Assembly (NCBI GenBank): GCA_023411715.1
Contig: JAEYOM010000123.1
Coordinates: forward strand, 20,225 to 84,224
DNA from: Bacillota bacterium
GTDB lineage: Bacteria; Bacillota; Clostridia; Acetivibrionales; DTU013
Direction of reading: 5' to 3'
DNA: 64,000 nt
Positions 48,338 to 56,697 of this stretch are shown piece after piece. The translations under genes were made by a program, and so were the position numbers. Under the pieces are notes generated by a model. That model had not been told where the DNA came from. It did not search any database and worked only from the letters and a program-made list of their open reading frames with translations. The first letter of the stretch is position 1. Every line of letters begins with the position of its first letter.

Positions 48338-50225
48338 TCCTATGCTCCCCTATTTCCTTTAATCTTCCAATAAGATATTTCCCGCCAACTTCTCCGCTGC
48401 TGCCAAAATTCGCAATATATTTTTCTACTATTGCAGTTATCTCTTCTCTATATTTTTCTGAAGAACTAAGCAGCCTTCTAATTTTATCCGGCAAATTTTC
48501 TAGATTGTCAGGTTCCATTTGAATACCGATCTTATCTCGGAGCAGAATTTCCAGCGGCTTTACAGAAAGTCTGTCGTACTCCGGATTGTTTATTTTGGGC
48601 GGTGTATTGATAAACACCGACGGTTTTTTTGTCACAAATGAAAACTCATATGCTGTACCTGACCAGTCAGTTATTACAACATCGGAATCAAATATGGAAT
48701 TATTGCTCGTAAAATCAAGTTCAAAACTCAGGTCTCCTCCGCCATATTCCCTATATCTGTCTACAATGGCATCCATCCGGTTGCCATATCGTTTTACATA
48801 CTCGGGATGCGGACGTACAACAACCTCAAAGCCTTGTCCCAAAAGAGCCTTAAGCAACTCATCAATGCAGCTGTCCAAAATATTATCCTGCTGCCATGAA
48901 GGCGCAACCAATATTTTTTTATGTAACCGGATCGACTCTCTCATCCTGCTATAACTCTCATATAGTTTCTCCAATTGTCCGTATCCTACGGCAATAAGCT
49001 TTTTCTCACGCAAATCATAGAGCTTTTCAGTCTCACGGATTTCGTCGAATTGGAATTCACCGACACAAAAGATGGTATCATAGTAGTTCAATGCTCCTTT
49101 ACGCAGCACCATATGAGTACTTAAGGGGTAATGGAACATATAAACGTATTCGATATCCTTTTTGACGTATGAACGCTTAATGTGAAAATTATTTAAGTCC
49201 GGCATGGTCATGACAACCATGTCAGCATCCATCTTCATCATCAAGGTGATAAAGCGCTTTTCACCAATGTAGTAGGGCTTGATACGGGGTTGGATCTTGG
49301 ATAGCTCAAATATTTGGTCGCCTGGATCGCTGGTAATGTAGTGTATCGTAACATTCGACCTTCGCAATATATCATTTATAACATTTTCGAAATATTTATA
49401 AAATCCGCTCTTTTCCGAATAGAATACCAAATGCTTGTTGACGATTGAAAAGAAACGTTTATAATCCGCTTTTTCGCGCTTCCTGTTGGGATCTTTCTCG
49501 TGCCAATTTTTCTTGCCAGCACTGCCTATACTGTTCAATTCCTTTAAAGTATACTTGCTCTTTTCCAGATCGTCATAGTCGACATACTTCCGAGGCGGTA
49601 TTATCGCATTTAAAAAAAGTTGCTGTAAAATGGTGAAAAGATTACTGCATATCCAATACAGGCCAACGCCGACTGAAACGAACATTCCAAGTAACAGAGA
49701 AATACCGACTGAAACCGCCATCGTGGAGATCTGGCTGATTCTATTTTGTTCTCTCTGCAATGGATTGATCCTGTCCTGGATGGTAGAAAGTATAAACGCT
49801 GATATACCGGCTGTCAGGGGCATAAGTAACGAAATTCCCTTCTCCTCGATAGGAATCAGTGCAAGGCTTGTACCCCCAAGGCTTTCATTGACAATACGAA
49901 TTAGTGCAATCAATAGAATGATTTGAATAAACATAGGTATAACACTGGCAAAAGCGTGATACTTTTCTCGTTTGTATAAACCATGCTGTTCCTCTGCTAT
50001 ACTGTCCCCGTCACCAAAGTATTTTACCATTATTCGATTCAACTCAGGCATCAGGTGAACCATTTTAATACTGTTTCTATGAACCCAGATAGATAGCGGA
50101 AGTAAAATTATTTTGGTTAACAGGGTGAACAGGATTATTGTTAAAGAATAATCATGTAGCATATCATAGCATACTTGCATTATATAACCAAGTATTTTGG
50201 TCAGTATTGATATTAGTGAATTCAT
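48327..50225 (-). CDS. fusion protein: YidC/Oxa1-type membrane insertase domain + TagB/TagF-type (CDP-alcohol) phosphotransferase domain
   Basis: Residues 1 to about 215 carry ...SLTIILFTLLTKIILLPLSIWVHRNSIKM...IPMFIQIILLIAL...VGVGLYWICSNLFTILQQLFLN..., which are YidC hallmarks. Residues from about 270 to 632 carry ...KILVAPSWQQ..., ...VVVRPHPEY... and ...DVVITDWSGTAYEFSFVTKKPSVFINTP..., a TagF-like Glyphos_transf pattern. It is one uninterrupted 632-aa ORF. Confidence 0.8.
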   Translation of the reverse strand: MNSLISILTKILGYIMQVCYDMLHDYSLTIILFTLLTKIILLPLSIWVHRNSIKMVHLMPELNRIMVKYFGDGDSIAEEQHGLYKREKYHAFASVIPMFIQIILLIALIRIVNESLGGTSLALIPIEEKGISLLMPLTAGISAFILSTIQDRINPLQREQNRISQISTMAVSVGISLLLGMFVSVGVGLYWICSNLFTILQQLFLNAIIPPRKYVDYDDLEKSKYTLKELNSIGSAGKKNWHEKDPNRKREKADYKRFFSIVNKHLVFYSEKSGFYKYFENVINDILRRSNVTIHYITSDPGDQIFELSKIQPRIKPYYIGEKRFITLMMKMDADMVVMTMPDLNNFHIKRSYVKKDIEYVYMFHYPLSTHMVLRKGALNYYDTIFCVGEFQFDEIRETEKLYDLREKKLIAVGYGQLEKLYESYSRMRESIRLHKKILVAPSWQQDNILDSCIDELLKALLGQGFEVVVRPHPEYVKRYGNRMDAIVDRYREYGGGDLSFELDFTSNNSIFDSDVVITDWSGTAYEFSFVTKKPSVFINTPPKINNPEYDRLSVKPLEILLRDKIGIQMEPDNLENLPDKIRRLLSSSEKYREEITAIVEKYIANFGSSGEVGGKYLIGRLKEIGEHRNEN

Positions 50226-50337
50226 TGTTGGTATTACACACCTTTTATATTATTCGAATAATGTATTATTCAGAAAGCATCCCCGTCGATCCCACCTTAT
50301 CGAGGATAAACGTAATTATCTTAATTAATATTATATT

Positions 50338-51240
50338 TTAGCTTATTTTATTAGTTGCCGGATCATAGTGTACGGAATATGTCGCTTTTTGAAATGTGCC
50401 CGCATCTTCAATAATGACCGTGCATGTTGAATTTTTTAACTTTTCTTGGGGAATAGTCACTTTGAAGCCACTGCTAAAATACTTTTGATTTTTAAAATTT
50501 TGTGATACATCAGGTCTTTCATAGCTTATTGTATCATATGTTTGAATTTCGCCATCGTTATTCTTGAATTCCAAATAAACATTTTGGAACAGTGTCGAGT
50601 GATTATTCACATAGGCCCATCCGTCCAAAATAACATTTCCATCAGCTTGAGTCGGGGCTATAGCAAACCAGACATTATCAGATTTATTTGTATCATCAAT
50701 ATTTTTAACCTGACCTGGAGTATATTCTCTTAAGCCTTTATTGTCCTTTATATATTTCCTTCCGGTTCTTGCCAAACCACTGCTGTAATCATTTTCCCAA
50801 TCATAAATAAGTAATTCATAAATACCATTTTTCATATTCAATGTTGAGAATTGTGTGCCGAACCCGTTATTATCGCCTTTGACCGTTAGCTCTGGGAAAA
50901 CTGATTTCAATTGGAATGAGGTCAGTTTGGCCGGGGCTATATAAGAATCATTTGAGCCTCTGAAAATAATACTTATTTTTTTATCAGAATTCAGATCTGC
51001 TGTTTCACAAAATGCCCAACCATTACAAGCAAAATCTTCTGCCATGTTTTCATATGCTTTTGAAAATCCTATGGCTTGATAAGCATCTGTATTTATAATC
51101 AAAGAACTTATCTCAGTTTTTTCCAGTTTTGCACTGCCTGATAATAGTATGATTACGTCGTTTGCATAAATTAAATAAATTATAAATAAAATCAGAGAAG
51201 CTATATAAATTATACTCCTCTTTTTAGATTTAATATTCAT
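50338..51240 (-). CDS. membrane-anchored protein of unknown function with two related beta-rich modules
   Basis: An N-terminal TM helix (IIYIASLILFIIYLIY). Two modules start ...CNGWAFCE... and ...LDGWAYVN.... ATGA overlap with the upstream gene. Confidence 0.5.
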   Translation of the reverse strand: MNIKSKKRSIIYIASLILFIIYLIYANDVIILLSGSAKLEKTEISSLIINTDAYQAIGFSKAYENMAEDFACNGWAFCETADLNSDKKISIIFRGSNDSYIAPAKLTSFQLKSVFPELTVKGDNNGFGTQFSTLNMKNGIYELLIYDWENDYSSGLARTGRKYIKDNKGLREYTPGQVKNIDDTNKSDNVWFAIAPTQADGNVILDGWAYVNNHSTLFQNVYLEFKNNDGEIQTYDTISYERPDVSQNFKNQKYFSSGFKVTIPQEKLKNSTCTVIIEDAGTFQKATYSVHYDPATNKIS

Positions 51241-52652
51241 TGGTTCGGTACCTCCACAGTTGGGAGATTAATGTTGAATAGCTTGCCAATCACTAACCTT
51301 GCCGTATTAACACCCGATTGATCTTTTATCTCATCGAACCTTTCATCCATATAATAAACTGCATTAAGAATATTACGCGCGTCAATATTTTCTACAATTG
51401 AATTACTGTTATTATCTTGAGTCCATCTTGCACTATGATCAGATTGTAAAATTATAATTGATTTAGGATCGTTTTTTATAACGTGCTTGATTGTTTCATC
51501 AGCGAGCTTCGTAATATACTTGTATTGATTCAAGTAATAATTATGATCTTTCCAGTCGCTGAGGCCAGCGAAATCAGGCATTTTACCATTTTCATCGAAT
51601 ACAAATGGTGCATGCGGGCTTTCGATGTGAGCGTATGTTAAAACTGGAACATCGCTATTTTCATTTGTTTCCTGAAGTTGATTGAAAGCATTTATTACAT
51701 TCTGACGATTTGCTAATTCATCACTTACACCCAGGAAGGGATAAAACATAGTATTTTCAAGCAATATTTTTGTAAAATCACCATAGCGGGCATTTACTTT
51801 ATTTTTTGCCCCTCCCACCACTCCATTCCATGTTATAAGGGATGACATATTGACAATTTCGTAGCCGTGATTGCTGAATAAACGGAACATCTCTGGATTT
51901 TGTCCGTAAGATAACCGTTTAGCTTGAATCATATTGTCTGTGACGACATAATTCAAATTGACAATATTCGTTGTAATTGTTATAGTATCGATACTTTCAT
52001 TATGACTTCCTAATGAAACGTTGAATCCCTCATTTTCCAGTGTCTGAGCAAAACCCGAATTATCATACACATAATATTTTTTAATGGAGTTAAAACTTGA
52101 ATATTCATCGAGTATTATATAATATACATTTGGATATAGTTTTTTTTCTGCAAACTTGGTATCGATTTTTGTTTTGTTATCAACCAATTTTGTTTTTTCT
52201 ATAATCGTTGGCATAGCAATAAGAAAATTAAGCAGAATAAGTGCACAAAATGCAATAGTAGTTACCATGTTAAATATTTTAGCTATTTCTACATTCATTT
52301 TTTTGTAAATCAGATAAGCAAAATGCAAAAATACAACGATCAATATCGGAGCTATATGCCAATATTTTAAAGGCATAAATAACTTAACGACTTTTTCGAT
52401 CAATACATAATTCAGAAACAATAACATAAATATGTTAACGATTAAGGCTGTTTTATTTGTATCTCTTACAAATAAGTAAAATATAAAACTTAGGATAATA
52501 GCTATACCAATAAAAATTATAAGAGGGTAAAGCATTTCATTTGCTGAAGTTTCGCCCACATTTTGGGTGTATAGAAAGATAATTGGGAAAACGGATAAAG
52601 CAAAAACAGAAAAGGTAGGGATAAGAATATCTTTTTTCTTATTGGTATACAA
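51237..52652 (-). CDS. LtaS/sulfatase-like (alkaline-phosphatase superfamily) polytopic membrane protein
   Basis: About 5 N-terminal TM helices, then an extracytoplasmic domain with ...YYIILDEYSS..., ...HIESPHAPF... and ...ILQSDHSAR... (metal/nucleophile-type motifs). The family assignment rests on pattern only. Confidence 0.55.
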   Translation of the reverse strand: MYTNKKKDILIPTFSVFALSVFPIIFLYTQNVGETSANEMLYPLIIFIGIAIILSFIFYLFVRDTNKTALIVNIFMLLFLNYVLIEKVVKLFMPLKYWHIAPILIVVFLHFAYLIYKKMNVEIAKIFNMVTTIAFCALILLNFLIAMPTIIEKTKLVDNKTKIDTKFAEKKLYPNVYYIILDEYSSFNSIKKYYVYDNSGFAQTLENEGFNVSLGSHNESIDTITITTNIVNLNYVVTDNMIQAKRLSYGQNPEMFRLFSNHGYEIVNMSSLITWNGVVGGAKNKVNARYGDFTKILLENTMFYPFLGVSDELANRQNVINAFNQLQETNENSDVPVLTYAHIESPHAPFVFDENGKMPDFAGLSDWKDHNYYLNQYKYITKLADETIKHVIKNDPKSIIILQSDHSARWTQDNNSNSIVENIDARNILNAVYYMDERFDEIKDQSGVNTARLVIGKLFNINLPTVEVPNQ

Positions 52653-52841
52653 TTATATTACTCCTTTGCTTCTAATCTAAAATTATTCGAACTCAGCACC
52701 ATGAGTAAATCATTTTATTAGTATAGTATCTTTTCATACCCCCTTAGTCAACCTATTATGTATTATTTTATTTCTACTATTATATGCACTTATATTATGC
52801 TAGAATATAAAATAGTCTTGATTTAAGGGAGGTAATATGAA

Positions 52842-53837
52842 TTGGAGCACAATAATAATTTCAATTTAATGAGATTGATTTTCAGTATTATGGTAGTTTT
52901 TTCCCATTCATACGGCTTACTTGCTCTTAGTGAACCAATCATTTTAAACCGTACATTCGGTAACTTTGCTGTTCATTGCTTTTTTGTATTGAGCGGATAT
53001 TTGATAACAAATAGTTTTCTAAAGTCAAAAGGAATTATTGAATTTACATACAGAAGAGTACTAAGGATATTACCAGCTTTTCTAGTTGCTTATATACTAT
53101 CTAAAATATTAGTAAAAATATTTAATGGTTTTTCAAATAATCCGGTACCTTATATAGTTAACGGTAATGTATGGACCTTATCATGGGAAATCCTTGCTTA
53201 TATAATTTGCGCTTTCGTAGGATTTTTAGGTTTACTTAAAGCTGAATCATTAGGTACAATTTGGTTAGCAGCTTGGGTCGGTATTATAATTTTTATCGAT
53301 AGCCAATTACCAATGTATCAAATAGTGGTTCCCATGCTTTTCCTGTTCCTTGCGGGGAGCTTTCTGGCTGTAAACGGAGAAAAACTAAAAATACCTTATA
53401 CAGGTTTATTAAGTGTTTTGCTATTAATTTTAATGGAAATCAAGCCACAGGCCATATCAAAAATAATCGGTTTTTTCCCATGGCTATATTCTCCCAGCCT
53501 GCCTTACAATGTAATTAACTACTTTTTATATTTACTTATACTGCCATTTGCCTTGATTTATATCGGTAAATATTTACCCTTCAAGCTAAATCTGAAGAAT
53601 GATATATCTTATGGAGTCTATATTTATACTTGGCCGATACAACAGGTCATTGTGTTCATTTTTCTAAAACAGGCTATACCCTTATCGCCCTTACTCTTAT
53701 TTGTACTTTCCATTTTAACGTCATCAATTATTTCAGGCATTTCGTGGAAGTTTATAGAAAAACCTGCACTATCGTTAAAGCGCATAGATTTATACAGTCT
53801 ATTTACAAGCCAGAAAGATAAATTACTGAAGGGATAA
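52842..53837 (+). CDS. acyltransferase family 3 (membrane O-acyltransferase)
   Basis: NLMRLIFSIMVVFSHSY... is the AT3 conserved His. About 10 TM helices. The start is TTG at 52842 or ATG at 52869. Confidence 0.85.
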   Translation: MEHNNNFNLMRLIFSIMVVFSHSYGLLALSEPIILNRTFGNFAVHCFFVLSGYLITNSFLKSKGIIEFTYRRVLRILPAFLVAYILSKILVKIFNGFSNNPVPYIVNGNVWTLSWEILAYIICAFVGFLGLLKAESLGTIWLAAWVGIIIFIDSQLPMYQIVVPMLFLFLAGSFLAVNGEKLKIPYTGLLSVLLLILMEIKPQAISKIIGFFPWLYSPSLPYNVINYFLYLLILPFALIYIGKYLPFKLNLKNDISYGVYIYTWPIQQVIVFIFLKQAIPLSPLLLFVLSILTSSIISGISWKFIEKPALSLKRIDLYSLFTSQKDKLLKG

Positions 53838-53842
53838 TGACG

Positions 53843-53886
53843 AAGAAGCTGATATAAGCAAACCGCTTATATCAGCTTCTTTTTTT
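53843..53886. terminator. strong terminator hairpin
   Basis: A perfect 16-bp stem: AGAAGCTGATATAAGC (53844-53859) pairs with GCTTATATCAGCTTCT (53865-53880). T6 follows. Confidence 0.9.
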
Positions 53887-55033
53887 AACCTCTTTTAATT
53901 TTAAAATAAATTTTCTTAAGTGTTTTATATAATGATGAATTCTTATCAAATAATATAGTAGATATGATTTTGGCTTTATTGGCTTTTATATATTTTTCAA
54001 CGTCAAAGTCATTCTTACTGCCTACTACCATATCTTTAGGCAATAATCCCAATAAATCAACCTTGCATGAGATATCATGGAAGTCTTTTAATGAAAAATT
54101 ATATGACTTTTTGAATGTTTCATATATACCTGGCTCATCATAAACCCTCATGAAATAATTTATGGCTGCTAATAAAGGGATTTGAGGCATATAGTATTTT
54201 CCATCGAGCAGCAGGAAGAACTTTTCACAACATAGTTCCGTATAGGAGCTGGCGTTTTTATTCCTGAACATCTCGTGAAAAGCTTCCTTGAATAGTGGAT
54301 CCGGCATTCCTTCAAAAAAATTTGATAAAATGAAATAGGATTCCATTACATCCCGTATGGAATTGGTGATCTTCGGAGAACTCGTGTTTTCACCCGCGTG
54401 TATAAAGCGTCTGTGCTTAACCAGATATTCCTGGAATATATAAATCGGGTATTTCTTCACGATACGTGTCCACATGTCAAAATCCGGGAGCTGGCGCAAA
54501 GCTAAATTGTAGACACCTAATTCCTCATATATCTTTTTTCGTATAAGAATACTAGGGTGGCAAATACAATTGCCCTTAGTGAAAAAATACTGTACCCATT
54601 GGGCCTGAGTCCGGTTTGGCTGTTTGAAAACATTTATCCCAATATCCAGCATATTATCGTTTTCATCAATAAATTCAGCCCAGGCAAAGCAAGCGCCGCA
54701 TTCCTCATGTGATTCCAAATAGGCAACTTGTTTTTCCAGTCTTGTCGGTGCCCATACATCATCAGAATTGATGAGCGCTACATATTTTCCGGTTGTTTTT
54801 TCGATTACAAATTTATGGTTTATTGTAGCACCTTGGTTTTCATCGAATCTATAAAGTTGTATCCGCGGATCCTTATATTTTTTAATTACATTGATCGTAT
54901 CGTCAGTTGAGCAATCATCTGAAATCAAGAACTCAAAGTCTTGAAAAGTCTGCTGTAAAACACTGTCAATTGCTATAGACACATAATTTTGATGATTGTA
55001 CGACGGTAAAATAACACTCACCAGATGCGACAC
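53885..55033 (-). CDS. glycosyltransferase family 2
   Basis: VSVILPSYNHQNYVSIAIDSVLQQTF...ISDDCSTDDT...NSDDVW... Confidence 0.88.
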   Translation of the reverse strand: MSHLVSVILPSYNHQNYVSIAIDSVLQQTFQDFEFLISDDCSTDDTINVIKKYKDPRIQLYRFDENQGATINHKFVIEKTTGKYVALINSDDVWAPTRLEKQVAYLESHEECGACFAWAEFIDENDNMLDIGINVFKQPNRTQAQWVQYFFTKGNCICHPSILIRKKIYEELGVYNLALRQLPDFDMWTRIVKKYPIYIFQEYLVKHRRFIHAGENTSSPKITNSIRDVMESYFILSNFFEGMPDPLFKEAFHEMFRNKNASSYTELCCEKFFLLLDGKYYMPQIPLLAAINYFMRVYDEPGIYETFKKSYNFSLKDFHDISCKVDLLGLLPKDMVVGSKNDFDVEKYIKANKAKIISTILFDKNSSLYKTLKKIYFKIKRG

Positions 55034-55048
55034 TGGCCTGACCTCCTT

Positions 55049-55708
55049 TTACTTGAAAACTATCCTATCATTATTTTCCCTTTTTAGTCTAGCTGGGTTT
55101 CCCGTATAAATTCCATTTTTCTCGACGGAGCGATACACAACTGAACCCATCGATACGATAGACCATTCGCCGACCTCAACTTTTTCCCTTATTACCGATC
55201 CGGCCCCGATAAAACAATTTTCATGAATTCTGCATCTTCCTGCAACAGTCACACCTATTGATAAAACAGAGTTCTTGCCTATCATGCTATCATGCGCGAC
55301 AGTAGATTGATTATAAATTAGTACATTATTTTTTATATCCGCGTTAGATGATACACATACGAATGGATATAGTATAATGCCTCTTCCGATCCGAACAGCT
55401 GGAGAAATCACAGCTGTAATGTCTATCACGTTTGCAAGCTCGTAACCATCAGATAGGATCTTGTGTGAAATATTCTCACGGGCAGAAGGCTCACCATTAG
55501 CAATTACAATTTCAGCATCACTCGAAGAAAAAAGCTTGACAAAACTTTTATACGGGTAAACCCTTCTATCATAAAACCAGCCTTGCTCTTTTGTATCATC
55601 AATGAAACAAATTTCGTCCCATTGCGATTTCTTATCATTTGCTCTGACTGCGATATCACAGACCTCTCTGCCAACTCCCCCGGCACAGTAAATAAAAAGT
55701 TTCCTCAT
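55049..55708 (-). CDS. NeuD/PglD/VioB-family sugar N-acetyltransferase (left-handed beta-helix)
   Basis: MRKLFIYCAGGVGREVCDI is a Rossmann-like N-domain. Hexapeptide repeats follow (...IGKNSVLSIGVTVAGRCRIHENCFIGAGSVI...). Confidence 0.85.
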   Translation of the reverse strand: MRKLFIYCAGGVGREVCDIAVRANDKKSQWDEICFIDDTKEQGWFYDRRVYPYKSFVKLFSSSDAEIVIANGEPSARENISHKILSDGYELANVIDITAVISPAVRIGRGIILYPFVCVSSNADIKNNVLIYNQSTVAHDSMIGKNSVLSIGVTVAGRCRIHENCFIGAGSVIREKVEVGEWSIVSMGSVVYRSVEKNGIYTGNPARLKRENNDRIVFK

Positions 55709-55717
55709 GCCTTTTAC

Positions 55718-56644
55718 CTAACCTTTCAGCTTGTCCCATATCTTCGGCGGAGTAAGGATCTTGAAAATATATATTATAATTGGAGGAGTAAAATCTTTAA
55801 TGCTTTTAAAAGCCATACGGATTTTTGTAAATTTAGAGCTTTTTAATATCTGCACTGGAATAGCAACACTTTGCCTTATTTCCAACCTTCTTTTATGTTC
55901 TAAAAATTCTGCCTCAAAAATATGGTTGGTAAACTCGTTATATGTATCAATAAGAGCAATCAGCTTTTCGTTTTTCTCCGCTTCCTTGCTACCACTCCAA
56001 ACTCCATTGGAGTGAATCCTGTATATGCTCATCACATCAGAAAGATAGCCGATCATTCCATTCTTCCCTACAACTATATTGGTGATCCAGTCATAGGATG
56101 TCATTTCAAACAGGCCATCCGGTAAAGCATCTATTGCAGTTTTTCTATATACGCATGTCGAAAAGTTCCCGATCAGATTATCTCTGACAATATCTCGTGA
56201 AGTGATGAGCTGATACCTGTTTGACGGTTCCCAGCAAGGCTGCACGTTATATTTTGCATCTTCAAAATCAGCTACCAGATACCTGTTGAATGTCATCGGA
56301 CATTCATAATGATGGTCGAGAAAATTGACATGCTTTTGTAGCCTGTACGGGTCAGTCCATATATCGTCACCCTCCATAACGGCAACGTACTGAGCATCAC
56401 ATGCGCAGAAAGCCCGCTCATAATTCTTTGTGATGCCCAGATTCTTTTCCGATTCCAGATAAATGAACGGAATGCTTGAACTTTTCTCGTAAGATCTGAT
56501 TTTTTCGATTGTACCATCTGTTGACATGTCATCTGCCACGATGATATTAAAATCAAAATTTGTCTGCTGCGCTAATATACTTTCGAGGGATTCTCCAATA
56601 TAATTCGAGTGATTGTATGTAACCAGGATTACGTTCAGTTTCAT
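55718..56644 (-). CDS. glycosyltransferase family 2
   Basis: MKLNVILVTYNHSNYIGESLESILAQ...VADDMSTDGT...EGDDIW... Confidence 0.88.
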   Translation of the reverse strand: MKLNVILVTYNHSNYIGESLESILAQQTNFDFNIIVADDMSTDGTIEKIRSYEKSSSIPFIYLESEKNLGITKNYERAFCACDAQYVAVMEGDDIWTDPYRLQKHVNFLDHHYECPMTFNRYLVADFEDAKYNVQPCWEPSNRYQLITSRDIVRDNLIGNFSTCVYRKTAIDALPDGLFEMTSYDWITNIVVGKNGMIGYLSDVMSIYRIHSNGVWSGSKEAEKNEKLIALIDTYNEFTNHIFEAEFLEHKRRLEIRQSVAIPVQILKSSKFTKIRMAFKSIKDFTPPIIIYIFKILTPPKIWDKLKG

Positions 56645-56697
56645 GTTTGCCGACCTCCCATTAGCCTAAAATTTGAAATAATATGCCTGTTTGGGCA

